Notes: a model not told the origin generated them from the letters alone. DNA of 52,260 nt from an uncultured Actinomycetes bacterium (GCA_903832025.1 CAIKZY010000076.1:1-52260), one strand, 5' to 3'; counted from the first letter of the stretch, positions 28,030 through 38,396 are shown. Made by a program: numbers and translations.

Positions 28030-29813
28030 AGGTGCTGTGGTGGACTGGGGAGTACCCTCCCGATGTCGGGGGCATCGCGACCGTTGCGCAACAGACCCTG
28101 GCGGCTCTGGCAGCACGTGGGATCAATGCCCATGCATTGATCGCCGCACGAGGTGACGAAGACGGCGTGGACGGCGCGATACCGCTGACGCGCCGGCCGA
28201 TTGCCGAATCGCTTATCGACAGCGACGCTGCCGCGTTCGCGCAGTGGATTGCCTTTGTTCGGAATTTCAAGGATCACCAGCGGGCCGATGTCTACCATGT
28301 GCACCCGGCTGACCCAAGCGTGCTCGCGCACCTGATGACCTTGTCGGCGCATCCTGCCCCGACCATCGTGACCTTTCACCAGCAGATGTTCTCCGTGCTT
28401 CCCTCCGCCGCACCCCAGTCGTTGATCGGACGACTGATCGCCCAGGCGCAGATTGTCACTGCGGTCTCGGCGGCCAGTGCGAACCAGGCGGTTGCGACAT
28501 TGCCGGAGATCGCCGACAAATTGATCGTGATTCCCAACGGACTGCAGGTGTCCGGACCGGTTCTTCCCCTGCCCAGTGCACCGCGGATCGTGGCCGTCGG
28601 TCGTCTTGTGCCCGTGAAGGGTTTCCATGACCTGATCCGGGCAATGGTCACCGTTGTTGAGCAGGTTCCCGACGCTCACCTGCACATCGTTGGTGATGGA
28701 CCTGAGCGTGGCGCGCTGGAGCAGATGTGCGAGCGGCTCGGCCTGACGACATCGATCACGTTCACCGGTGCGGTTGGGCAGGACCAGGTCCGCGCCCTGA
28801 TGGACGCCAGCACGATCGTGGCCATGCCGTCGACGGTTGAGGGCATGCCCATGGTGGCGCTGGAAGCATCTGAACGAGGCCGAGCCATCGTCGGTTCCAA
28901 TATCGGCGGCATTAACGAAGTCGTGCTGGATGGTGTTTCCGGTGTGCTCATTGACCGCAATGACGATTTTATTGACACCTTCGCCAGGATGCTGACCGAC
29001 CTCTTGACAGATCTGCAGCGGGCCGAGGCACTCGGTCTTGCCGCACGGGCACGCCTGGAAGACCGGCAGTCCGTGGATCGAGTGGCAGCCCTCTACGAGA
29101 TCGCGTATCGCGCGGTATGCAGCGATCGACCTGCGCCCCTGGTCAGCGTGATCATGCCCGCGCACAATGGCGAAGCCTTCATTCGACAAGCGGTTGAGTC
29201 GGTGCTCGAACAAGGTCTTGCAGATCTGGAACTCATCATCGTCGATGACGGCTCCACGGATGCAACGCTTCGGGTGCTTGCGCACGTGAGCGACCCACGC
29301 CTGATCGTCCTACCGCAGCCGAATCGGGGAAGCGGCAGTGCCCGAAATGCCGGCATCGCTATCGCCCGCGGTCAGTACATCGCCCACATTGATCACGACG
29401 ATCTGTGGCCCCATGATCGCCTGGCTTGCCTGTGGCAGGTGCTGGACGCGGACCCCGAAATGGATGCCTGCTTTGGGACGGCGATTGAATTCGCTGATCC
29501 GTCGATGCGTGGGAACTACGCGGTGCGCAGCGAGCCGAGGACCACGCGGTTCCCGACCACCGGACTGATTCGGGCTGCATTTCATCGCTCGGTCGGTCCA
29601 TTTCACAGCGAGCCCTTCGGGGACCAAGTGGATTGGTCAATACGGGCCCTGGATGCGGGTATGCGCTACGCCGAGCTCGCGAATATCGTCCTGAGACGGC
29701 GCATCCATGATTCGAACATGTCGCATCGAAATCCCCTCGACAAGGACATGAACAAGCTGCGGCTCCTCAAGCGCTCGCTGGATCAGCGCAAGGGCGACGA
29801 GGACCGGGCCTGA
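28026..29813 (+). CDS. Bifunctional glycosyltransferase (GT4 + GT2 fusion)
   Basis: N-half has YPPDVGG, VGRLVPVKG and EGMPMVALEA. C-half has VSVIMPAHN, VDDGSTD, ARNAG and IDHDDLW. Confidence 0.9.
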   Translation: MKVLWWTGEYPPDVGGIATVAQQTLAALAARGINAHALIAARGDEDGVDGAIPLTRRPIAESLIDSDAAAFAQWIAFVRNFKDHQRADVYHVHPADPSVLAHLMTLSAHPAPTIVTFHQQMFSVLPSAAPQSLIGRLIAQAQIVTAVSAASANQAVATLPEIADKLIVIPNGLQVSGPVLPLPSAPRIVAVGRLVPVKGFHDLIRAMVTVVEQVPDAHLHIVGDGPERGALEQMCERLGLTTSITFTGAVGQDQVRALMDASTIVAMPSTVEGMPMVALEASERGRAIVGSNIGGINEVVLDGVSGVLIDRNDDFIDTFARMLTDLLTDLQRAEALGLAARARLEDRQSVDRVAALYEIAYRAVCSDRPAPLVSVIMPAHNGEAFIRQAVESVLEQGLADLELIIVDDGSTDATLRVLAHVSDPRLIVLPQPNRGSGSARNAGIAIARGQYIAHIDHDDLWPHDRLACLWQVLDADPEMDACFGTAIEFADPSMRGNYAVRSEPRTTRFPTTGLIRAAFHRSVGPFHSEPFGDQVDWSIRALDAGMRYAELANIVLRRRIHDSNMSHRNPLDKDMNKLRLLKRSLDQRKGDEDRA

Positions 29814-30814
29814 AGGAATCGGATCCCGCTGCTCCACGGGGAAACTCGCGGAACAGCTGACCACGGCGGGCCTTGGCGGGCCTGCCGGATGTCATGGCGC
29901 CGCCGGGCAGCTGCCTGCATCCGCTGCCACGCCCCACCGGCAGCGATCTCGTGCAGGACGACCGCATCCATGGGCGCTGCGGACAGTTGCTCAATCACAG
30001 ACCGGGGAATATCGGCACCAACCTGACTCATGAGCCAGTTCAGTCCTTCAGCCACAAGTGGCCCGTACCCGCTGTCCACGGAATGTGCAAGGACGGACTG
30101 CCAAAATTCCGATGTGCGTGAGCCGTCCTGGAGCAACTGCATGGCATCAAGTGGCCACGTGATCGCTGCACTGGCGGGCGCCGTGATTCCCTCAACGATG
30201 GCAAGGGTCAGCAGACACCCATCCGATAGGGAATCCGCGACCGTGGATTCCATGGCTCCGCGTGCAAAGTTGGGCGGTGTTCGACGCAGCTGCGGGAACT
30301 CCCTGCCCCAGGTCAGCACCAGTGAGCGGCCATTGTCGTCAAGAAAGGCGCTGGTCATGCTGGCACGGGGACGATGGCGCATCGCCCATCCGTGAGCCGG
30401 CAGCACCTCCAAGGATCGCGTCCAGTCAGCGGCGCCAATCCACAGGTCGACCGTGGTGACCGGACGGTACGTGGACATGCTGGGGTCCAGCAGCAGGGCG
30501 CTGCCGCGGATCGGTCGGGCGGTGATGTCGTATCGCGTCAGCGCATCACGGGCCTGATGCAGGTGCAGCAGGGTCTGCTGATTGACCACCCAGGCTCGTT
30601 TCCTGAGTCCAAGGAGTAGCGGTGCGTCGGTGCCAAAGTCCAGGTACTGATCTCGGTGTGCCAGGTGATGGAGGATGGCGAATTCTCGGGATGCAGATTG
30701 CTGCAGATCATGTTCGGCGCGCCATGCGTCCCACGCCTGGACAGCGGCGTCTTCATCGGCCAAGGCTGCCCTCAGGAGCAGAGTGTCTGAGTCCGTCAGC
30801 GAGAGAATGCGCAC
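29783..30814 (-). CDS. Nucleotidyltransferase-family protein 1 (NTP_transf_5-like, degenerate motif)
   Basis: PIRGSAL...RPVTTVDLWI aligns to the LKG...R..GDxDL signature. The start (GTG 30814) is inferred. Confidence 0.65.
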   Translation of the reverse strand: MRILSLTDSDTLLLRAALADEDAAVQAWDAWRAEHDLQQSASREFAILHHLAHRDQYLDFGTDAPLLLGLRKRAWVVNQQTLLHLHQARDALTRYDITARPIRGSALLLDPSMSTYRPVTTVDLWIGAADWTRSLEVLPAHGWAMRHRPRASMTSAFLDDNGRSLVLTWGREFPQLRRTPPNFARGAMESTVADSLSDGCLLTLAIVEGITAPASAAITWPLDAMQLLQDGSRTSEFWQSVLAHSVDSGYGPLVAEGLNWLMSQVGADIPRSVIEQLSAAPMDAVVLHEIAAGGAWQRMQAAARRRHDIRQARQGPPWSAVPRVSPWSSGIRFLQARSSSPLR

Positions 30815-31037
30815 CGAGCCGCTCCTGTTCCGTGCCGTGATCGGCAGCGCGGCACCATTGCGTGTCGATGGCTCGCAGATGACCGCGTACGCGTGGAGGA
30901 ATCCTGGCACAGGTGCTCTTGGTATGGATCCACCGTGTCCTGACAGCCGCCACCGGTCGGCCGCACCGTAACGCCAAATGCTCGGCAAGCAACTGCATCA
31001 GCACACTCCGATGACACAGGTGGCACACTGGTGGATC

Positions 31038-32744
31038 ATGGTGGGCCAGACGTTGACCTTGCGGATCACTCCATCAGCGGCGGACTGCGTGGAGAATGTG
31101 TCCTCATCGAGGAACTGGACCCTTGACGATGGCCGCGTGCTGGCCGTCATCGCCGGTCCGCATGCCCTGGACCACACCGCAGTGGTGCAGTGGATGGATG
31201 CAGGCTGCCCGGATCCGGCACCGGTTCGCCAGGGATTCGCCGCGATCCTGGTCGACCCACGATCCGGTTCCACCCAGATGGCCAGCGGCGCACGCAGTGA
31301 GGTCACCCTGCATTGGGCCCTGGAGGGGCAAAGCCTGCTCGTGTCATCGCACCTGCGGGCGTTGTTGGAAGCGCAGGCCACACCGACCTTTGATGAGGAG
31401 GGGATGGCGCGCTACCTGTGGCGTGCCAGTGACCCTTCAGAGACGATGTATGCAGGGGTCACGCGGCTGCCTGCCGGCCATCACGCACGGTGGCGCCCGG
31501 GAACGCGGCCGCACCTCATGCGCTGGTTCTGGCCACAGCGCACGGACGTTTCCACTGCTGCGAACTTTCCAGGTCAGCTCGGTGACGTCATTGCCGATGC
31601 GGTGCGACAGTCACTGCCGTCAGGCGGCACGGTTGCCTCACATCTGTCCGGCGGACTGGACTCCACGACCGTGACTGCCCTGGCTGCCGCGCAGGTTCGC
31701 GGTCATGGCGGTACGATCCAGGCGCTGAGCCACCTGGTCACCCCGGAACGCTGGCCAGCGTGGCTGAGTCCTGATGCCGATGATTCCCCGTTCGTCGAGG
31801 CGTTTGTCCGAGGCACACCGGGTGTGCAACTCCATCGATTCGATACCCCGCGCCGGAGCATCCTGTCGGCAACGCGAGCGGTGTTTGAGGCAACGGCGTA
31901 CCCCATGCTCAATCCCATAAATGCCCCCTGGCTGCTGGACATCGATGATTGGGTGCGGGCCAACGACGTTGCCCTGGTCCTGACGGGCGTGCATGGCAGC
32001 TTGGGGTTCTCGATCACCCGAGGCCATCAGTACCGACGAGCGATCAGATCAGGCCAGTTTGGGCTCCTGAAACGCGACATGGTTGCCCGACACAGGCTGG
32101 GTGACCGATGGCGAAATATTGGCGCCACGACGGTGTATGAGTTCGCCCCGCGGGCCACTACGACGGTGTTGCGGGTAATCGGCCGCCATGAACCGCGTGC
32201 CAGCACAAACCCGTTGATCATTGCGCCCAAACCCACGGACATGGTCGAGCCAGGAGTCCACAAGGCGGATCGGGAATGGTGGAGCCAGTCCGTCCTTCTG
32301 GATCAACCGGCCCAGTCGCTGATGCAGTTCCCGGTGACAGGGGCGTGGGCCAGTGATCCGCTGGGTGACAGCGAGGTGATTCGCACCCTGTTCTCCGCGC
32401 CAGCATCGGCCTGGCTCGGTGACGGCATGGACCGCGCGTTAGCCCGACGAACGATGCAGGGAGTGGTCGTCGATGAGGTGCGCTTGCGTGCCGGACGAGG
32501 TCTGCAGGGCGCGGACTTCGGTGAGGCGGCGCGCAGCCAGGATCGCGAATTTCAGGAAGCGCTCGAAGAGGTCTCTGCTTCCCCGCTGGCCAACCGATTC
32601 ATCGATGTGCCCAGGCTCGCGTCCACGATGCGGCCGCATACTCCGTACGCCGGCCGATCAGCGCTGGACTGGCAACTGCTTGAAGGACGCATGCTCGGCT
32701 TTGGCCTGTATCTGGCCTGGATCGAAGGATTCCTGCGCCGATGA
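31038..32744 (+). CDS. Lasso-peptide cyclase (asparagine-synthetase-like isopeptide ligase, C protein)
   Basis: SHLSGGLDST ATP motif, YAGVTRLPAGH, LTG, DPLGD and DRALARRTMQGVVVDEVRLR. No N-terminal Cys glutaminase nucleophile. Adjacent to the RRE gene. Start uncertain. Confidence 0.85.
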   Translation: MVGQTLTLRITPSAADCVENVSSSRNWTLDDGRVLAVIAGPHALDHTAVVQWMDAGCPDPAPVRQGFAAILVDPRSGSTQMASGARSEVTLHWALEGQSLLVSSHLRALLEAQATPTFDEEGMARYLWRASDPSETMYAGVTRLPAGHHARWRPGTRPHLMRWFWPQRTDVSTAANFPGQLGDVIADAVRQSLPSGGTVASHLSGGLDSTTVTALAAAQVRGHGGTIQALSHLVTPERWPAWLSPDADDSPFVEAFVRGTPGVQLHRFDTPRRSILSATRAVFEATAYPMLNPINAPWLLDIDDWVRANDVALVLTGVHGSLGFSITRGHQYRRAIRSGQFGLLKRDMVARHRLGDRWRNIGATTVYEFAPRATTTVLRVIGRHEPRASTNPLIIAPKPTDMVEPGVHKADREWWSQSVLLDQPAQSLMQFPVTGAWASDPLGDSEVIRTLFSAPASAWLGDGMDRALARRTMQGVVVDEVRLRAGRGLQGADFGEAARSQDREFQEALEEVSASPLANRFIDVPRLASTMRPHTPYAGRSALDWQLLEGRMLGFGLYLAWIEGFLRR

Positions 32745-32813
32745 GCGGGCCCACCGACCCGTTCCGCCGCTCCTCGGCATAGGCGTCAGTACAGTGACTG
32801 CTATGGAGCAAGC

Positions 32814-33071
32814 ATGAAGGTGATTAGAAGGGTTGGCGTGGTCGATTCCCATATTGATGGGCGCCTGGTCGCGTTGAATTCCGATCTTGAGTTCGTGGAG
32901 CTCGACGTCATGGGGGAGTTCATCTGGTCGCAGACCGCTACTCCCACCGATACAGATCGCATCGTCCAGGCGGTGACCGCCCAATTTGAGGTCGATGTTG
33001 CTACCTGCCGCGAGGATGTCATCCGCTTTCTCCATGAGCTCCACAGTGCCCACTTGATTGACCTCAGCTAG
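32814..33071 (+). CDS. PqqD-family RiPP recognition element (lasso B1)
   Basis: 85 aa, IDGRLVAL...LDVMGEFIW...FEVDVATCREDVIRFLHEL. GGAG RBS. Confidence 0.9.
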   Translation: MKVIRRVGVVDSHIDGRLVALNSDLEFVELDVMGEFIWSQTATPTDTDRIVQAVTAQFEVDVATCREDVIRFLHELHSAHLIDLS

Positions 33072-33174
33072 ATCGCAGGGCCCAATGCGGCGTTCGAGCG
33101 ATCCCTGGGCGATGGTCGAGCATGTGACCTTGGCATGATGTGGACGTGCGCCGAACCCCCGATGGTCTGCAGCA

Positions 33175-34164
33175 GTGACGTCATTGGGCGAGTGTGATTC
33201 CAACCTGGCGTGCCTGCATGGTATCCACCTTCGCGCTGACTTCGCATTGCGTGGATGGCCGGCAGCAGACCTCGCGAATCCGCAGGACTGCTGGACGCTA
33301 GAAGTCCATCGCGGGCAGATCGTGAATGCCGACCCGATTCAACGCGATCTGGGTCTGGTGACCGGCAACCTGCGCCACGAGGTCATCAGCGGGCGCGAAC
33401 ACGTAGCGTTGACGATGCGCAGTTTGCAGGACTTCACGGAAACAAGTATCAACGTTGATCTCTCGCGGCGGCAGATCAGCGTGCAGTGTGATCTGTGGTT
33501 TCCCGGAAGTGAAGCCCTTCTGCTCTACCTCCTGCACACCCGCGTCATCCCCGCAATCGCCGCGCTCACCCGGAAGTCCGCGGTACTGCATGCAACAGCC
33601 ACGCACGTGCCTGAAGGCGCGATCGTGATCTGCGGTCGGTCAGGTGTGGGAAAGTCGACGCTCGCCGCCGGGCTGATCAGTTCAGGTGCGCTGCTCTTGG
33701 GCGATGAGCCGATCGTGATCGATCGGGGTGTCCACCGCAGCGTGGCCCAGCCAAGCGTGCGATCCCTTCGCCTTGAGCAGGCGACCTTCGCTGCAGAGCT
33801 TCTTGCCAATCAGGGATGGACCAGCCATGCCGGACACGACAAGTCGGTCTGGTCCCCGCCGATTGCGGCGGGCCACGCCGAAGTGAGCCCGGTTGCCGCA
33901 GTCCTGGTTCTCGGCGAACGCATTCAGTCAGGTTCGACGCCGGATTTCGTGCGCCTTTCCCCGGTTGCGGCGACGCAGGCCCTCATGGATCAATCGCACC
34001 TTTCCGTCGACCTCATTGATGCGCAGGCCCGTCGATTCACCGCGGCGGCGGCCATTGTGGAGTCCACTCCGGTGTTCGAAGTGCACATGCCCGATGACGC
34101 GGACTCGATCCACTCGGCCGTGAGGCTGCTTCGCGCGGGCATTTCCGAAGCCGGCGTGCGATGA
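33175..34164 (+). CDS. HPr-kinase-like P-loop kinase 2 (lasso-peptide kinase-like)
   Basis: VLHATA, GRSGVGKSTLA and LLGDE motifs. Confidence 0.82.
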   Translation: MTSLGECDSNLACLHGIHLRADFALRGWPAADLANPQDCWTLEVHRGQIVNADPIQRDLGLVTGNLRHEVISGREHVALTMRSLQDFTETSINVDLSRRQISVQCDLWFPGSEALLLYLLHTRVIPAIAALTRKSAVLHATATHVPEGAIVICGRSGVGKSTLAAGLISSGALLLGDEPIVIDRGVHRSVAQPSVRSLRLEQATFAAELLANQGWTSHAGHDKSVWSPPIAAGHAEVSPVAAVLVLGERIQSGSTPDFVRLSPVAATQALMDQSHLSVDLIDAQARRFTAAAAIVESTPVFEVHMPDDADSIHSAVRLLRAGISEAGVR

Positions 34165-35333
34165 CTGGGGAGCACCATCCACAACCGAAGGTCGTCGCGG
34201 ATCCGGCCACGCAGCAGCTGCTGACTGAGGCCATCCGATATGTCATGTCAATCGAGCATGGCTCCCGACCGGCAGCATCCAATCTGTCGCAGATCGATCG
34301 CGCAGCGTTCCTTGCTGCGGTTCGTCGTCAGCGCATGGAGATATTCTTGAGCCCCCATCTGGAAGATCTGAGGCTTCCTGATGAGGTCTGTGAGCAGATC
34401 AGCGCGTGGGCTGGTCAGCTCAAGATGCGCGCCATGTCCTGCGCAGTGGCAACGCGCGAGGTCTGGGCCGCGCTGACTGCATGTGGGATTGATGCGCTGA
34501 TCATCAAGGGAATTCTACTCAGCCTGCAGACGACTGGCACCGTGGCCGGCAGAGGCCCCGGTGACGTCGACCTCTGGGTTCGGGGAGCCGACGTCGGTGC
34601 TGCTGCCGAAGAACTGCACCTGCTTGGCTATCGCCGAAGTGCCTGGGCACCCACATCGGATTTCACCACCTGGCGCGGTCGCTACACGCAATGGGCTGCC
34701 TTTGAGTTGCCAATGGACCGAAACGGCCTACCCCTTGACCTCCATTGGCAACTCGCGGGGGCACGCCATGGGCTACCGACGTTTGACGAAGCCTGGAAGC
34801 AGCGTGCCGTGGTCGATATTGGCGGCACGCCGGTGAGCACGTTATCCGCAGAGCATGCGTTCGTGCACAGCTGTTCACACGCTCATCGTGATGGCTGGGG
34901 CTGGCTGCGTTCATTGATTGACATCGATCGGCTTTCGCGCCTGGTGACGTTCGACCCAGCAACTGCCCGGTCATCACGAGCCGTCCGACTGTCGACTGCG
35001 ATGGCCTATGACGTTACGGGAAGCGCCTCGCTTGGTCCGTGGATGCAGTCGGACAGCCCTGCGGTCAAGCGCGCTCGGCGAATCGCGCACACCAAGCAAT
35101 CAGATCTCGGATGGTCTGTTGCCGGTGCCTGGACCGTCCAGTCGACGTGGGACTGGCTGCACCAGTCATTGCAGCTGACCGGCAATGCGGGCGATATCTG
35201 CCGGGTACTGTCATCGTTCGCGCTGCCGCCTGAGTTTTTCGTCGAGCCGTCCTCAGACGGGCCTGTGCCCGTGCCTCGGGCGCTGTTGGCCCGCTTTCGG
35301 AAAATGGCCCGCAGAGTCAGTCACCAGGAGTGA
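34161..35333 (+). CDS. Nucleotidyltransferase-family protein 2 (NTP_transf_5-like)
   Basis: IIKGILL, GRGPGDVDLWV, LDLHWQL, H..HA..DGW and LRSLIDI motifs. ATGA-coupled to kinase 2. Confidence 0.85.
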   Translation: MTGEHHPQPKVVADPATQQLLTEAIRYVMSIEHGSRPAASNLSQIDRAAFLAAVRRQRMEIFLSPHLEDLRLPDEVCEQISAWAGQLKMRAMSCAVATREVWAALTACGIDALIIKGILLSLQTTGTVAGRGPGDVDLWVRGADVGAAAEELHLLGYRRSAWAPTSDFTTWRGRYTQWAAFELPMDRNGLPLDLHWQLAGARHGLPTFDEAWKQRAVVDIGGTPVSTLSAEHAFVHSCSHAHRDGWGWLRSLIDIDRLSRLVTFDPATARSSRAVRLSTAMAYDVTGSASLGPWMQSDSPAVKRARRIAHTKQSDLGWSVAGAWTVQSTWDWLHQSLQLTGNAGDICRVLSSFALPPEFFVEPSSDGPVPVPRALLARFRKMARRVSHQE

Positions 35334-35829
35334 CATTGATGTCGTCAGGCTCCAGACCGGATGGCACGGCAAGGACCATGGTGGGCTGAAACCCGTCAGC
35401 AGCAGGTCCGCCTACCACCGCTCCGCGACGGCCAACCAGCCATGCGTGCGCATCCCAGGTACTGTCAGGGTTTCGACGCAGACCGATGACCACGACACCG
35501 CTGGCACCTCTGCGGCGGAGCATGATCTGGGCAGCTGCTGCCTGGGCCAGGCAGCTGGGCTGGCCGGGCAGCCAGCGAACGCCGCGATGAACAGCCCAGC
35601 TCACCGACGCCTCCAACTGGTTGTCTGCTGCTGTTGGCATGGTGCGGTCTGGGTATTCAGTCCACGCCGTTGGCACCGGGCGCACCGAACCGAGCACTCC
35701 GGCCCACCAGCGCATCGGCAGCATGGCGCGCGCGAAGGTTGCCAGGGCAATCAGCGTTATCGCTTCGCCGGTGAGCGCACGTCCATGCCAGCGATCGGCG
35801 ATCGGCGTCTGAGGTCCGTCAGTCATCAT
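35317..35829 (-). CDS. Lasso-peptide leader peptidase B2 (transglutaminase-like)
   Basis: SCLAQAAAAQIMLRRRG, VVIG and DAHAWL motifs carrying the catalytic Cys and His. Confidence 0.9.
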   Translation of the reverse strand: MMTDGPQTPIADRWHGRALTGEAITLIALATFARAMLPMRWWAGVLGSVRPVPTAWTEYPDRTMPTAADNQLEASVSWAVHRGVRWLPGQPSCLAQAAAAQIMLRRRGASGVVVIGLRRNPDSTWDAHAWLVGRRGAVVGGPAADGFQPTMVLAVPSGLEPDDINVTPGD

Positions 35830-35862
35830 CTGAAGCATACGTGCAGGGCATAGCATTCCAAC

Positions 35863-37623
35863 GTGGTCGGCGAAAACGAAGCAGGGATATTCGCGTCCCT
35901 GCGATCAGATGCGCTGTCACTGCTGCGCACGGCCTTTCGGCTCTCTCCGCGAAGAAGCGTCCTGCAACTGCTGTTTTTGAGCATCAGTGGATTTACCGGG
36001 AGTGTCGGCCTGCTCCTGCTCATTCCCATCGTTGACACCATCGCGCATCCAGGTGCTCGACTCACGCTTCCGCTGGTGGGGAGTGTGAGTCTGGGAGCCT
36101 TCCCGTTGTGGAGCATGCTCCTGGCCTTCGTCTGCCTCATTGGCGTGCAGGCAGCCGTTCAACGTCTTGGCCTGATTAATGCCATGCGCATCCAGCAGGA
36201 AATTGTCGATTTCCTTCGGCAGCAGGCGTTCAATGCTGTGCTGCACGCACGCTGGGAATTCATCCTGTCCAAGCGGCGAAGCGATTTCGTCGAAGTGATC
36301 ACCGTCGGCGCGATGCGATCAGGCATTGCGTTTCAGCAGCTGACGCAAGCTGCTGTGGCACTCGTGTTCGGCTTGGCAACCGCAGCCGTGGCGATCCTGG
36401 TCTCGCCGGTGATCGCCGGACTGTCAATTCTCGGGGTGGTCCTGGCTGGCTGGATTCAGCTCAGAAGCGCTCGGCCCGCATATGCCCTCGGCCGGCAATA
36501 CGGGGAACGCTCACGTCATCTGCAAGCGGTGGTCACCGACTCGATGGACTCACTGCGACTGATTCGAGCCCACGACGCCTCGCGGCTGTGGGCCGAGCGC
36601 ATGTCCGAGGCATTTACTCTGGCCCGCGATGTTCAGGTCTCGACAGTCAAGAGGACATCGGCGACTGCCGCGTGGACCTCGGTGCTCCTGGCCGGGGCAG
36701 CCGCGCTGCTGATCCTGATTGCGGTGCAACTGTCCGTACCGCCGACACTGATTATCGTGATCGTGCTGCTCGTGGCACGCATGGCACGACAGATGCAGCT
36801 GCTGGCCACGTTGTTCGTGCAACTTGCCGGATTGCTCCCTGCGGTGGGGGACCTTGCCGATCTCACCCGACAGGCTCGGGACTGCGCGGAGGTGCCGGCT
36901 GATGGACACGGTGACTCACTGGGATCCGTGGTTTCAGCCGATCCTCTCGTGGAACTTCGTCAGGTCACGTACTGCTATCCCGGGTCCCATGCCGGGGTGC
37001 GTGAGGTCAACATGATGTTGCGCAGAGGAGCAATCACCGCGCTCAGCGGTCGCACCGGTTCAGGAAAGTCCACGACGGCCGACCTGGTTCTTGGCCTCTT
37101 GACTCCGCAATCCGGCGAGGTCCTCGTGTCCGGCGAGGTGTTGACCTCGGCTGATCTTGCAGCGTGGCGGCGCCATGTTGCGTACGTACCGCAGGAGACC
37201 GTGCTGATTCCCGGGACACTCCGCGAGAACCTGACGTGGTCGGCGCCCACTGCTGTGTCGGACGAGCAATGCTGGAAGGCCCTGGACCGCTCCGCTGCCA
37301 CATTCGCCCATCAGCTGCCCGAGGGCCTGGACACCCTGCTCGGTGATCGCGGCGTGCGTCTGTCGGGCGGGGAACGCCAACGTGTGTCCATTGCTCGAGC
37401 ACTCCTGCGCGAGCCACAGCTTCTGGTCCTAGACGAGGCGACGTCGGCATTGGATGACGACACGGAGGAGGAGATTCTCCACCTGTTGTCGCAACTCATT
37501 CCTCAGGTGACCGTCTTGGTGATTGCCCATCGACGCTCGACCCTGGAGGCGGCCGACACCGTGGTCCACCTCAGCCATGGTCGTGAAGATGGGAATTCGC
37601 GTCGGCCCATGCGTCGGCCATAG
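35863..37623 (+). CDS. ABC exporter, fused permease/ATPase (lasso D-like)
   Basis: N-terminal TM domain, then GRTGSGKST, LSGGERQR, LDEATSALD and IAHR motifs. Confidence 0.92.
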   Translation: MVGENEAGIFASLRSDALSLLRTAFRLSPRRSVLQLLFLSISGFTGSVGLLLLIPIVDTIAHPGARLTLPLVGSVSLGAFPLWSMLLAFVCLIGVQAAVQRLGLINAMRIQQEIVDFLRQQAFNAVLHARWEFILSKRRSDFVEVITVGAMRSGIAFQQLTQAAVALVFGLATAAVAILVSPVIAGLSILGVVLAGWIQLRSARPAYALGRQYGERSRHLQAVVTDSMDSLRLIRAHDASRLWAERMSEAFTLARDVQVSTVKRTSATAAWTSVLLAGAAALLILIAVQLSVPPTLIIVIVLLVARMARQMQLLATLFVQLAGLLPAVGDLADLTRQARDCAEVPADGHGDSLGSVVSADPLVELRQVTYCYPGSHAGVREVNMMLRRGAITALSGRTGSGKSTTADLVLGLLTPQSGEVLVSGEVLTSADLAAWRRHVAYVPQETVLIPGTLRENLTWSAPTAVSDEQCWKALDRSAATFAHQLPEGLDTLLGDRGVRLSGGERQRVSIARALLREPQLLVLDEATSALDDDTEEEILHLLSQLIPQVTVLVIAHRRSTLEAADTVVHLSHGREDGNSRRPMRRP

Positions 37624-37861
37624 ACTTAGGCATGGAGTCCACGACACGCCAGCCCTATCAAGCCCCCCCTACCGCCCCGAATTGTGGTCGCCCTTCAGTC
37701 GGCCCAGGGGAACACCGGTCAGCCCGGTAGCGACGGCTACCTCAATTACGGCTCCGCACCGTTCTAACGTGTCGCATCAGGCGAATGCCCCAATACACCG
37801 AAGATCGACCAGCCACCATCAAGCCAGGTATATCCTGACCACGCACGCGCGTGCGGGGTCT

Positions 37862-37891
37862 GGTGAGCATCCAAACGGTGAGCATCCAAAC
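37862..37891. repeat. 15-bp tandem direct repeat GGTGAGCATCCAAAC x2 directly before the first precursor RBS
   Basis: Two perfect copies read directly. Confidence 0.75.
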
Positions 37892-37902
37892 GAGGGAGTC
37901 AT

Positions 37903-38034
37903 ATGTCGGACAACGAGCATCGCAAGCCATACGCAGCGCCGCAAACGCCGCGCGTGGTCTCGACGCTGGCACTGTCATCCGCGACATTCACGTATGCAGG
38001 GACAGACTCGGGCTTCTACGCCTCAGTCACCTGA
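37903..38034 (+). CDS. Putative lasso precursor A1, 43 aa: MSDNEHRKPYAAPQTPRVVSTLALSSATFTYAGTDSGFYASVT
   Basis: Translated by hand. GAGGGAG RBS, YxxP leader motif, one Asp in the core region; paralogous to A2 and A3. Confidence 0.85.
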   Translation: MSDNEHRKPYAAPQTPRVVSTLALSSATFTYAGTDSGFYASVT

Positions 38035-38258
38035 GCGATCCCAGCATGCTGAAGGACCGATACGCAGATCTCCCCGGTTGGCGTGGATCGGAAACTGAGC
38101 ACTGCAGTATGGGGAGCCGTTGGCTCACAGTCCGGTGGGGCTCGCGACCGTTCCGATCGAGACCGTTCCGCCGAGACAGACATTCCTCGAAGGCTTCGGT
38201 ATAGGGTGATGACCTGAGCATCAGTCAGGTCAGCTCGGATTGGTATTAGAGGAGTGTC

Positions 38259-38396
38259 ATGTCAGAAAACGTAGATCGCAAGCCGTACGTAGCACCTGAG
38301 GCGCCGCGCGTTGTCTCGACACTCGCGATGTCAGCTTCGATGTACTTTGGCGGGTCTGGAGCTGACAACGCCTTGTACTCTTCCACACCTGTGTAA
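38259..38396 (+). CDS. Putative lasso precursor A2, 45 aa: MSENVDRKPYVAPEAPRVVSTLAMSASMYFGGSGADNALYSSTPV
   Basis: Translated by hand. AGAGGAG RBS, same leader pattern and conserved G-x-D. Confidence 0.85.
   Translation: MSENVDRKPYVAPEAPRVVSTLAMSASMYFGGSGADNALYSSTPV

Noticed and set aside
27906-29285. Long antisense ORFs (e.g. 27906-29285, 42646-44178, 43700-44689, 20329-21324)
   Set aside because: These are shadow or alternate frames of well-supported genes in high-GC DNA and show no motifs.
31038-32744. Housekeeping asparagine synthetase
   Set aside because: It lacks the N-terminal Cys glutaminase start and is clustered with B1, B2 and precursor genes.
32814-33071. PQQ biosynthesis (pqqD)
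   Set aside because: No pqqA/B/C/E or radical SAM gene is present; the PqqD-like domains are better read as RREs.
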